The notes below the pieces were generated by a model. It searched no databases, was not told the DNA's origin, and was given only the letters and a program-made list of their open reading frames with translations. Below are positions 48,385 through 58,996 of a DNA stretch of 64,000 nt, one piece after another; position 1 is the stretch's first letter, and each line of letters opens with the position of its first letter. Location: the IMG/VR virus record IMGVR_UViG_3300044949_001928, positions 1,115-65,114 of that record; one strand, written 5' to 3'. The translations under genes and the position numbers were made by a program. Source of the DNA: a virus (Duplodnaviria > Caudoviricetes).

Positions 48385-50748
48385 TCAACCACGTTGACCC
48401 TCCAGCTCGGCTGCGATGGCGCGGAGCTTGCGCTTGAAGTTGGCGACTCCCAGTCCGTACCAGCGTTGCTGTTGCCCGGGAACATGGGTGATGCTCAGCG
48501 GCACGTCTATCTCATCCGCAACAGCACGCAAGGCGGCGGCCAAGCAGGCAGGATCGCCTAGCATCCGCTGCCCGCGTTCGCTACTCAGCCAGGCATCCAC
48601 CACCGCCCGAGCGGCAGGGCTCAGCGGCGGGTGGCTGGTGTCGGTAATCACTCCCCCCGCATCTGCCTTGGCGGCTTCCGTGGTGAGCATGGCGCGGATT
48701 GCCTGGCGTTGCTCCCACGCTTTTTCCATCACCCGCCACAGCGGCTCAGCGGATGCAGTGGTCGGGTCCGCTTCCACCGCGGGGGATTCCACCACGGGGG
48801 GCGTCGGCAGGTCGCGAGGGGCCCTCTGGGCGCGATCGGCGGCGATGGCGCGGGCTTGCGCCCATCCCAGCTGCTCGTCGAGACCCAGGTTGTCCCAATG
48901 ATTAAGCTCTACATCCGCCTGCGCGTTCCACTGTTCTCTCAGTTCGTCTTCTGAAAACGGCGCGGGTGGGATGTCGTCGCTGGTTAGTCCGTGGTGGTTG
49001 GTGCTCATGGTTCGGCGGTGGTGGTGGGTGGTTCAGTTGTAAGTGCGATCGATTCGATGCCAAGTTGTAAATATGCCATTGCTACCAATATCCCAAGCAT
49101 TACGCCATTGCTTGTTTTGGGGGTTGCTTAGGCTGCAAAGACGCACTACACCTGGCCTTTTTTCCTTATCGCATTTCCATTCTTCACCTTGCGGCGATCG
49201 CCATGTGTCGCCAACTCGAAAACGATCGGCCGGGGGTGGGGTGATGGGCATGGTTCGGCGGTGGCGGGTGGTGGGTGGTGGTGAAACCTAGATAGATACT
49301 ACTCCCCTGAAAGCGCTTTTTCAATCTCAGCGGTAAGCTCAGCGCGAATCCAACAGCGCTCTTGCCATCGCTGATACACCGCTGAGCGCTTGGGGTTGGT
49401 AAGGCTGTCAAAAACCCAATCACTCTCATCCGGCACGATCCTGTCGCGTATTACAGCGAGCTTCTCGGCGCACCATTTATTGTTGGGTACGCTCCCACCA
49501 GTGGGGAGCATTATCTGCCGCCACAATGGGGTTGCGGATGGATCTGGATTGGCTTTGGGGGTGGTCATGGTTCGGTGGTGGTGGCGGTAGTAACCCATGC
49601 GGCAGATATGCGAACCCATCCAATAACTCCATCCCATCGCACATAACGCAATCGCCCTTCACTCGGGTTTGGCTCGGAATATGGACCCCGTAAACTGCGC
49701 AATGTGGCGATACCGCCAACCTCGCTTGAGTAGACGTAGTAATAACTGCCGCGTTGCGACTGCCAACGTTCGCCAGGCTTGAAAACTTCGCAGTCTCCGT
49801 ATTGAGTGATGTCGCGTTTCATGGTTGGAGGGGTGGTAGGGGGTGGCTGCTCCACTGGTGGGAACGGCGTGGACGTGGCCAATCGGCGATCCGCTCCGCA
49901 GCTGGGGCAGTAGTTAAATCGAAGCCAGGATGTGCCAGTCATGTGAGGCATTACTAGCACAGTGGGGTCGTCTTCTGCTGGATACCACGCGACACGATCA
50001 GCCCATGCCGGCCATGCATCGCAACATGGTGGGGTGGGGTCAGCCATCGCCTCGCTCCGCACGGTCGGCCTCGGCGGTGAGCATGGCGCGAAGGCGTTGA
50101 TTGTGCCGCCAGATAATGTGGCGCTGCTCGAAGCGGTATCCCGGCTCTGGCTCCGGGTCATCAGGCAGCCAATCCCGCACGGCGCGGATCTGGGCGGCGT
50201 AGAGGTTACCGGCAATGCTCCACTGGGGAGCTGGAGCGTCAATAACCGCTTGCTCCATCACCCGCCACAACTGCGGGCGGTCGGGGGTGGGGTGAGTGCT
50301 CATGGTTCAATGATGGCGGTGGGGGCCATGGCATCAATCCCGAAATACGGGCAACGAAAATCACCAAAGTGGCCACAGTCGTCAACATTTGATGGGCAGA
50401 CTCCGCATTTGTGGCACCGCTGAACTCGCACCGGCCTGCCGTCTCCAATGTCTTTCCATTCGTACTCGCTGGGTATTGCCCCCTCCCCCACCGAGAACGG
50501 CGGATGGGTCTGCGGGCCAGGGATCGGTCGTTCTTTCATGATCCGGGTAATGTGGTGGTGGACAATTCCATAGCATCATCAATCATTTGTCGGAATCCAT
50601 CTAGTTCATCGGTTGCAGTCGGCTCAGCATGGCCTTCCCGTTCTGCTATTTGCATTGCATAGTCGTAGCGATCTTTTTTTAGAGCTGCGATTCCTTCTAC
50701 ACAATTTTCCATCAGCCATCGAAGGCGTTTGCTGTCGCTTGCCATCAC
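48385..50748 (-). other. Array of small early hypothetical genes with shared modules
   Basis: ORFs 48385..49008, 49033..49251, 49299..49569, 49565..49822, 50040..50303, 50300..50539 and 50536..50748, with overlapping stops/starts and CCACCACC...ACCATG leaders. Confidence 0.65.
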
Positions 50749-51362
50749 ACCCTCGCTCCCACGACCCGCTCCGGTTGCCCCTGGTACTTCCCAGCCCGAT
50801 CGGCATAGGTCGTCTCACACGGCTCCCCCTCGAAGAACAGCAGCTGGCAGATGCCCTCCTCCGCGTAGATGCGGCAGTCGGCACCGCTGGAATTGCTGAA
50901 CTCCAGGGTGAGATGCCCCTCCCAACCGGCTTCGGCGGGGGTGGTGTTGACGATGATGCCAAGCCGGGCGTAGGTGCTCTTACCCAGGCAGATCACAGTG
51001 ATGTTCGGCGGCACCCGCAGCCGCTCCAGCGCCACCCCCAGGCCGTAGGTGTGGGCCGGCAGGATGAAGTAGCGCCCGTCCTCGTCCTGGTGCAGCGGCG
51101 CCGGCTCCAGGTTGGCGGGGTTGAACCGCTTCGGGTTCATCACCGTGCCGGGCACATGGCGGAAGATCAGGAACTCCGCAGCCGAAAGGCGTAGGTCGTA
51201 GCCGTAGCTGCTGGTGCCGTAGGACAGGGCCGGGATGATGCGGGGGCCATACGGGCAATGGCCGCTCTCGTGGATTTCGAGTGTCCGCACCAACTCAGGC
51301 ACGAAAGGTTCGATCATGCCGGCGGCGGCTTGTTGGCGGATCCAGCGGTCGTTTTTTAGCAT
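50745..51362 (-). CDS. dcd: dCTP deaminase
   Basis: SYGTSSYGYDLRL, GKSTYARLG, EAGWEGHLTLEF, GKYQGQ. Confidence 0.97.
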   Translation of the reverse strand: MLKNDRWIRQQAAAGMIEPFVPELVRTLEIHESGHCPYGPRIIPALSYGTSSYGYDLRLSAAEFLIFRHVPGTVMNPKRFNPANLEPAPLHQDEDGRYFILPAHTYGLGVALERLRVPPNITVICLGKSTYARLGIIVNTTPAEAGWEGHLTLEFSNSSGADCRIYAEEGICQLLFFEGEPCETTYADRAGKYQGQPERVVGARV

Positions 51363-51365
51363 GGG

Positions 51366-54300
51366 TCAGTTTTCGGTGGGGAGATCGGGGCAATCACTGA
51401 ATGAGATATCGCGTAGTTTTTTGATCTGCTTTTCTAGGCTTGCGATCTTCTTTTCGCGTTGCGCTTCCGCGGCTGCAATGGCTTCGCCTTTTGTGGCGTG
51501 CCATCTGGAGGGGGGAATTGCATTTAGTGCTCTGCAAATCCCGCGTTGCTCGTAAACAACAAGACCCTTTATCGCGTCGGGATAAATTGGGGCCTCTAGC
51601 CTTCTTATTGCTATGCCAGCGGTTAGCGCGTAGCTGGTGTCGTAAACGTGGTGTTGCATGGGTCAGTCCTCGGTGGTGGTGGGGTTCGTTGTCAAAATCA
51701 CTTCTCTTTTTCCTCCGCTTCCCAGTGGTCATCTTCTACTGTCACTTCCCATGGGCGGGGGCAGTAGCAAACATTTCCACGGTTGAATTGGTCAAGCAAT
51801 TCGACGCCTTGAAGCCTTGCGCCGCTTTCGATGTCATCATCAAGCATCCTATCTAGCGCTTCGCCCGCCACATCAAAGGCCTTCCCTTTCGCTTCGTCTT
51901 CTGACCTAGCTTCAACGGACAGGCAGACATGGCCTGCCATTGGAATCATGACGTAGAAGGTTTTCATTGCGGTTGGGGTGGTGTGGTGGTGGTGGTGGGG
52001 GTGGTTCGCGTAGTGTCTATTCTCCAGTATTTGCATTGTTCTTTCCGCATTCCTTTGCGCGCGTAAATACAGTCGTGGAATTCTTCTGTATCGATAACGC
52101 AACTCGTGGGAAACATGCCGGGTTCAAGGTCAACATGGCAGCCGTATCGAAGTTCTCCGATATTCTCGGCCATCTGCTTAACTGCATCGGCTGCATCGTG
52201 CAAACCTAGCCGATTCGCTACTGATATCAGGCCAGCCATCTGATCCGCCAGTGGTTCCTGAGATTGAGGCCATGCCGGGAGTTTGCTGAGATCGATCATG
52301 GTGACTCCGTGGTGGTGGTTTTGTCTGCTGGGGGGCGCATTCCGACTATGTTGCCGTAAAGACCCTGAGCACGCTTTAGTTGCGACCTGGCTTGATCTAG
52401 ATGCCTGTGTGCACGTGCCATCAGCTCGTTGTGAGCTTCTTCCCATGTGTTAAACACCCGGCCGGCTTTTTTGAGCCTATCTTGAGTAGTTCTTCCATAC
52501 CGGTTGGGTATTTTTAAGGTGGCAAAAGCCGTAGTTTCATTTACTAACTCGCATCTTAAAATCCTTGCCTCCGGAGTGAATTTTTCCGATTCCAGTACAT
52601 ACCTGTAAATTTTTGGCTCGGTCATGGCTGATCCTTGGTGGTGGTGGGTTCGTCTGCAAGCCTGGTCAAACCTTCCAAAGCCTGGCCAGTGGTCATATCT
52701 CCCCATGCTTGCTGGAGAGACTCTTCTCGTTCGTCTGATGGGACCGGGGCCTTCCCCGTCCCGCCGCACGCCTTGCACGGGCGGTACTCGGTGCCATTGG
52801 CAGCGCTCACCCGCCAGGCGATGCGGCCTTCCCCGCCGCACTTCGGGCACAGCCCTGTGGCCGCTACCCATTCGGCTGTGGCGGCGGCCACTTCGGCAGG
52901 GGTAACGATCACTTCCCGCCACTTGCTTCGTGGCGGCCACTTCGGCCTGCCCTTGCGGGGGCCTTGGCTGATCACCCCCACCGGAACGGCGCCGGTGAGG
53001 CTGTAGCCGATCGTGACGCGGGCGTCGCCAAGTACCCGGTAGATACGGGGCTCCCACTCGTCGGGCAGGCGATGGACCTGGCGGGCGGCCATGGCGTGGA
53101 AGTCGGGGGCGCTCATAACGCCTCCCTGGCGCGCTTGGTGTTGACGCGCTGCCAAACCCGCAGCTGTCGCTCCGTTAGCGCGTCGTAGCAGGTCCGAGCG
53201 GTGGGGTGGCCGATACCCACCAGGTTGCCGCCAGGGGTCTGCCTGGCGACCCATATCGGCTGCCCGAGGGATTCTTCGCGTAAGATCTGGTGACCATCGC
53301 CAGCGGCATACAACAGGGGCCGCAGCCGCTTGTAATCATCCCGGTCGGCGAGGATTGCCTGCTGTTGCGCCCAGTTCAGGCGGTCGGGTTCAGTAATTTC
53401 CTCCCAGCGGCGATTTTGGCCGGATCCGTTCCATCTCTTCGCCAGTTCTGCAGGAGTGAACAGGTCGATGTCGTCGATCATGGTTGATCTCCCTGGTGGG
53501 CGCTGGTTAGCATCTTGGCAAGGCTTAAGAATTTCAAGCGAACATGAATATCCTTCATCTCAAAGCAGGCATCTGCAGGTAGCACAGCATCCACTGCGGC
53601 GCGTATACCGTTCGCTACGCATTGCCTGTAAACCGGATCGCCAATAAGATGGACGTTGCCATTGGTAGCCGCGTGCATCACATTAAACGCATCGGCGCTC
53701 AATTGTTTCAGGTCACTGCTCATTGGGTTGTTCCTCACTGGTGGGTTGGCCGATCCACAATCCTGTGCAAACATTGCGCATATTGAGTTCATCGCATCTA
53801 ATTCGTCGGCGCTCAATAGCTTCCACTCACTGCTCATCAGGTTGTTCCTCACTGGTGGGTTGGTTGTCAACACACAACCCTGTATAAAGGTTGTGCATTT
53901 TGTGCCCTGGATCATCGCGGCCATCCGCGAGATACAGAGCCTCAAGGCGTGCCTGGCGTGCGGCTTGTTTGGCGTGATCTGCCGGGGCTGGTGGGGTGGT
54001 CATGGCTGCTGGGATGAGGGGTGGGGCGAGAATGGGTTAGAAATAGCCCAGTGGGGAAGACTGACAGTCTCATGACCGAGGCACTCCGATGGCTTCTGGA
54101 GAACCCATTTCGACTTCTCACCCGGCCTAAGCTCAAGTGACTTAAACCAACACCTTCCTTCATCATCGCAGTATCCATCGTATCGCTCCCATGGTGGCCT
54201 ATAAAAATGGTTGACCATGGCTGCTACATCGAATGACTGGGGTTGTGGGGTGGTCATGGCTGCTGATTGTGCACTTCAGTTACGGTAACTGTGCCACCAT

Positions 54301-56144
54301 ATTTGCGCTCAAACCTGTAAAGTACGCCATTGCGTGGATTCGCCATAGACAGAAATATCTCATCAGAAAACCGCACTCCGTGAATAGTCCAACAAGCGGT
54401 ACACGGGTCAAACCCGCAATCCCGTTGCAGTAACCACAAAGCAGAGCACCCAGGGAATAGCGTAAAGTGGAAAACACGTAACCACCACGGCAGGATCATA
54501 CCTGGTGGTACATCACGAACTAACCATCGCCATACAGTAGATCTGAACATCACGCCACCTCCCCGCCCTGGGGCGGCTGGGGGCAGCTTGCTGCAAAACC
54601 CCATAGCGGATGCTCGGTGTCATGCCAGAGGCACGTCTCACCGCAAACGATGCACTCTTTCATTTCGTCATTGACGCAGCCCATAACCCTGCTGATCGTG
54701 GGGCCGCCGATCGCGGCGCAATCTGCGGGGCGGCTCACGGCTGCACCTCCCCGCCCTGGGGCGGTCGCAGGTCACCGCTGGCAAATGGCCTTAACTCGTG
54801 ATTACAAGCGTAATCATATTCGGTGCTTGCCCAGTATTCCCCGGCTTCGTCGTAACCGTCGTCGTCTAGCTTACCTACTCGGTCCTTCCGGTCAACCTCC
54901 GCGACATGGTGGGTTACGACCCCGGCGTTAATCATGGTTACTTCATCGTTCCATTCCCCATCAGAAAGATAATCTTCAATCAAATCCCTGGCCGCCTTAT
55001 CGCGCTCCTCTTCTGTCCGATAAAATGTCAGACCATCGTTAGGGCAATAGAGAAAGAATCTATATTCTATGCTAGGGCTTGACTTGCAGTCCTTTGTTGT
55101 CACGACTGCACCTCCCCGCCCTGGGGCGGCTGGATGTCGTCATGGGCGATCCACAAAATGCTTGCGCTGTGATCGGTCATCGAAAATCCAAGGTTCCACA
55201 TTTTGAGCGCATAAGACTCGGTTCCGTTCTCCGGGGTCACCTTCAGCGTCCCGTCTTGCAGGATGGTGGCTTTCACTCCGCCACCTCCCCGCCCTGGGGC
55301 GACTGGGGGTCGGGAATGGCCCAGTGGGGGAGGCAGAAGTCTCCATAAGGACCTCCATCGGCAAGTTGCCACTCAGGGATCCCAGCCCGGTTAAACCACC
55401 AGCACCTGCCCTCCACATCGCACCACCCTTCGCGCTCCCACGGACGCTCAGCCACCGCCACCGGCACAGCAGCCGGCGCCGGGGGCTCCGCTGCCAGGGC
55501 GGCGCGGCCAGCAGCGATGGCATCGCCAAGCCAGATCGAAGACTCGCCACCCTCTAGCAGGGATGACCACGGCTCTAAACCTCCGTTCATGTCGAGGCCG
55601 CTGACTCCTTCAGAGGCGGCGGCCAATAAATCGATCTCCGTTATCAGATGGGTTAGCGCATCACGAATAGGGTTAGTCATTGATTCTCCTGTTGATGAGT
55701 AGGATTCATGGCTGCAAGTTCCCGGCGAGCGTAGGCCCAGCCGCATCGAATTCCGCGAGCCCATGCCGTGTCCGCAATATCCTCTGCTCTCCATTCCTCT
55801 GGGCAATCCGGCAACTCCGGCCATTCCGCTGGCGCCGGGGTCGGCGCGGCATACAACGCCATGTCACAGTCGCTATACCGCTCCCTCCAGCCGCTGAATG
55901 ACTGGCGCTTCTCCGCGGCGGCCATGAAGTCGCCGGAATTGCACCATGCCACTGGCGCCGGAGGCGGGGCGGCGGCCGGGGGCGGGGCGGCCATGGCGGC
56001 TTGCCGAAGCAGCTGCCGTATCGCCTCGCTGTTGGCCGTGATCACTCGCGAGGAGAGCGCAATGGCGTTGTTGGCGTTGCCAAAGAACTGCTCGTTTACC
56101 GCCTCCACCAGTTCAATCAACGCATCGCGAATAGGATCACTCAT
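51366..56144 (-). other. Array of about 13 small hypothetical early genes
   Basis: Coupled minus-strand ORFs, e.g. 51366..51659, 52296..52625, 52622..53116 (CxxC motifs), 53113..53481, 54000..54257, 54735..55103, 55273..55680, 55677..56144. Confidence 0.65.
54556..55301 (-). repeat. Four identical 20-nt gene-junction repeats
   Basis: CACCTCCCCGCCCTGGGGCG at 54556, 54744, 55109 and 55282. Confidence 0.9.
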
Positions 56145-57312
56145 CACCACCCTCCCATGCGCTGCCATCAACAGGGGCTCCCTCGTAGTTCGGGTGCCAT
56201 TGATCTAGGCACCATTCCCATACGTTGCCGTGCATGTCGTACAACCCCCAGTCATTGGGCGGGAATATTCCTACCGGTGTGGTCTGCTGGCGATATTCGC
56301 CGCGGGGGCCACCGTTATAGGTGTAGCCCCCATCGTAATTAGCTTGGTCTGGGGTTATGGTTTTGCCAAAGTGAAACGGCGTGGTAGTGCCAGCTCGGCA
56401 GGCATACTCCCATTGAGCCTCACTGGGCAAGGTGTAGGTGTCGCCGGTTTGCTCGCTCAGCCGCTGGCAGAATTCCATGGCGTCATGCCAACTTACGCAC
56501 TCTACAGGGAGGTCTTCGCCCTTGAAGTGGGAGGGGTTGTCTCCCATGACACTCACCCATTGCGCCTGGGTGATGGGGAATTGGCTCATCCAGAAGGTTT
56601 CTAGAGTTACCTTGTGTTGAGGTGATTCGCTGGCGAAGTGGCTTTCCTCGCTGGTGGGTGAGCCCATCAAGAAGCTACCGGTTGGGATTTTCACCATCAC
56701 AATATCGGTGGCGGGAGCTTGGGAGGTGACGCGGAACCCAACGAAGCCGTTGGAGTTGGCCGGGTGCTCCCTGCCCCGGTAGGCCGAGCGGCAGTCCTGA
56801 GGAGCGTCGAACCAGGAGCCGCCGCGCAGAACTCGGAAAATTCGAGACATGATGCCAAGGGTGGGATGGGAGAGGCAACACACACGGAAGCCGATGAAGT
56901 TGATGGCATAGGCGGGGTGGAGGTAGGTGCGGCAGGCCGAGCGGCAGGGCACCGGGAGGCTGCGCCAGGAGCCGCCGCGCAATATGCGGAAAATTCGAGC
57001 CATGATGCTGGGGGTGGGGTGGGGGAAGCGACAGACGCGGAAACCGCCAAGGGTGGAGGAGAGATCGGAAGGGCTGTAGAAGCGGGAGGCCGAGCGGCAG
57101 TAACCCGGTTTATTGATCCAGGATCCACCGCGCAATACTCGGAGAATTAGAGCCACGATGCTGGGGCTGGGTTGAGAGATGCAGACAACACGGAAGCCGA
57201 TGCCGTAGTTGAAGGCAAAGGCGGGGTGGTAGCTGAGACGGCGGGCCGAGCGGCAGCCCTGGGGACTGCTAAAGCAGGAGCCACCGCGCAGCAGGCGTTC
57301 CTTAGAAAACAT
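56137..57312 (-). CDS. FGE-sulfatase (SUMF1/CLec fold) protein, circularly permuted, with four N-terminal variable repeats
   Basis: Core MVKIPTGSFLMGS...LPSEAQWEYACRAG...GLYDMHGNVWEW stops before the usual RGGSW...GFRV segment, which occurs four times upstream. Confidence 0.9.
   Translation of the reverse strand: MFSKERLLRGGSCFSSPQGCRSARRLSYHPAFAFNYGIGFRVVCISQPSPSIVALILRVLRGGSWINKPGYCRSASRFYSPSDLSSTLGGFRVCRFPHPTPSIMARIFRILRGGSWRSLPVPCRSACRTYLHPAYAINFIGFRVCCLSHPTLGIMSRIFRVLRGGSWFDAPQDCRSAYRGREHPANSNGFVGFRVTSQAPATDIVMVKIPTGSFLMGSPTSEESHFASESPQHKVTLETFWMSQFPITQAQWVSVMGDNPSHFKGEDLPVECVSWHDAMEFCQRLSEQTGDTYTLPSEAQWEYACRAGTTTPFHFGKTITPDQANYDGGYTYNGGPRGEYRQQTTPVGIFPPNDWGLYDMHGNVWEWCLDQWHPNYEGAPVDGSAWEGGDE
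56728..57312 (-). repeat. Tandem 153/153/156-nt in-frame repeats (RGGS...CRSA.R...GFRV)
   Basis: RGGS codons at 56815, 56968, 57121 and 57277; TGCCGCTCGGCC invariant in all four. Confidence 0.92.
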
Positions 57313-57528
57313 CGACAAGCCCCGCCGCACGATCTACCAGGGCAGCGTCAGCGAAACGATTTTCTCTGCGCAATGCAATGACCAGTGCGGACAGTCGCTC
57401 AGAGAACTCTTCATTCGACAAGGCGGCGCACGCGTCTTTGGCGCTGCTTATTTTCTCATTGAGATGAACCAGCTCGGGCAGTTCGGCAGGGAAAACGATC
57501 GGCATGATCGGGTGGGGCGGTGTGGCTC

Positions 57529-57834
57529 TCACACTGTAGCACGTTGCCGGGGCTCTGGCGCGGGTCCTATCCGGCGAATCAGGTAGCCAGGACGGGCGCT
57601 GGAGCCCGGCTCGTAGTCGAGCAGGCCAGCACGGTGCAGATCGGACAACCGCTTACTGAGCGAAGGCGCACAGCAGCCGAACCAATCGCACATCTGCCAA
57701 ACCAGATACCGCCTGGCGGCCTGCCGACCGCGCTTCCTTGTCTGGTGGGCAAGGTGCAAACAGTCGACAATAACAGCGTTGGTATAATTGCGGCGATTCA
57801 TCATAAGATAGACGGCGAGATCAGGGGTATCCAT
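57529..57834 (-). CDS. Winged-HTH protein
   Basis: WFGCCAPSLSKRLSDLHRAGLLDY...GSSARPGY. Confidence 0.65.
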   Translation of the reverse strand: MDTPDLAVYLMMNRRNYTNAVIVDCLHLAHQTRKRGRQAARRYLVWQMCDWFGCCAPSLSKRLSDLHRAGLLDYEPGSSARPGYLIRRIGPAPEPRQRATV

Positions 57835-58226
57835 TACTTTTTCCTCTGTTTCGGCGCCCGGCCGATGGATCCAGCGGGCTTGCGCACCGCGGTTTTTCGT
57901 TTTGGTCGCGGCCTGGGGATGGGCCGCGGGAGGGGTACCCCACCAGGGGGGAGGCCGACATGGGTAAAACGGTAGCCAGGACGGGCGCTGGAGCCCTTGT
58001 CGTACGTGACCAGGCCGTGACGGACGAGGTAGACCAGCCGGCGGGAAATAGTCTGAGAGCTGCATCCCCAGCGGCGCTGGAGCTTTTCCCGTTTGATCGG
58101 CTGATCAGGGCCGATCTCGCAATTAGACCATAACCTGTACAAAAAGATCAGATCTAGCAGTCCTTTGGCCTGGTAGGTGGATTGATGCCTTTCGGCAAAA
58201 TCCAGAATCTGCTCAATTGCTTCCAT
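57834..58226 (-). CDS. Winged-HTH protein
   Basis: WGCSSQTISRRLVYLVRHGLVTY...GSSARPGY. Confidence 0.7.
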   Translation of the reverse strand: MEAIEQILDFAERHQSTYQAKGLLDLIFLYRLWSNCEIGPDQPIKREKLQRRWGCSSQTISRRLVYLVRHGLVTYDKGSSARPGYRFTHVGLPPGGVPLPRPIPRPRPKRKTAVRKPAGSIGRAPKQRKK

Positions 58227-58475
58227 ACGCCTCCGGCCAATTGTTGCGGATCATGCGGTCAATCCGCGAAGGCAGCGGCAATGGCTGCCCCGTTTCGTCA
58301 AGCGGGAAGGGGCCAATGGCCCCTCTAAACTTCCGCTCCGGCCTTGCCCGGATGGACAGGTACGCATACCGGCGGTCCCCCCAGCGGTCGGGCGCCCCCC
58401 ACTGGAGGGAGGCGATGACCAGGGTGCCGTAGTTGATACGCCACTCGGTGGGGGAGTGGCGCTGCCAGGGAAGGT

Positions 58476-58958
58476 TCAAAATGGCACCTCATCATTCGAG
58501 TCGTCGGACTTGCTGGTGAGCCAGGTGGCCGGGCTTGGGGTGGGGGCAGATGGACGGGACTGGGCGGGGGTGCGGGGCTGTGCCGTGGCGGGGGCGGGTG
58601 GCGCGGTGGTGTCAACCGGTGACCAGCTGTGAACTTTGAGCGCCATCGCGTAGCGAGGCTCACCGGTGTTCTTGTCTTCCCACTTATCAAAGTACACCCG
58701 GCCGGTCACGTCGATCAACTGACCCTTCCGTGTGCCGTCTACAAATGGTTGGGCGGCTTCAAACCAGACTTTAAGGGTCAGCCAATCCGGCTGCTTGTCA
58801 TCATTGCGGCCTTTCTTTTCGGGATGATCTATGGCGATCCGGGCCGAAGCGACTTGGGTACCAGATTCAAGGTATCTGATCTCCGGATCAGCCACCAAAC
58901 GACCGCGAAAGAAGTAGGTTTGGGCCCGAAGCAGGCTTTGAAGAAGTTCCGAGTTCAT
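58476..58958 (-). CDS. ssb: Single-stranded DNA-binding protein
   Basis: GRLVADPEIRY, KGQLIDVTGR, acidic tail DEVPF. Confidence 0.92.
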   Translation of the reverse strand: MNSELLQSLLRAQTYFFRGRLVADPEIRYLESGTQVASARIAIDHPEKKGRNDDKQPDWLTLKVWFEAAQPFVDGTRKGQLIDVTGRVYFDKWEDKNTGEPRYAMALKVHSWSPVDTTAPPAPATAQPRTPAQSRPSAPTPSPATWLTSKSDDSNDEVPF

Positions 58959-58996
58959 TGTGTGAAGCGTGAATTGCAGGGCGAGGGTGAGCGTCG

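Noticed and set aside
10290-49205. HIP1 (GCGATCGC) enrichment as host evidence
   Set aside because: Only a few full copies noticed; enrichment cannot be established by eye
54556-55301. Junction repeats as a CRISPR array
   Set aside because: Spacing is irregular (about 170-365 nt), the intervals are genes, and no cas genes are present
56137-57330. A complete canonical DGR
   Set aside because: No reverse transcriptase, accessory gene or AAC-rich template repeat is visible in the window
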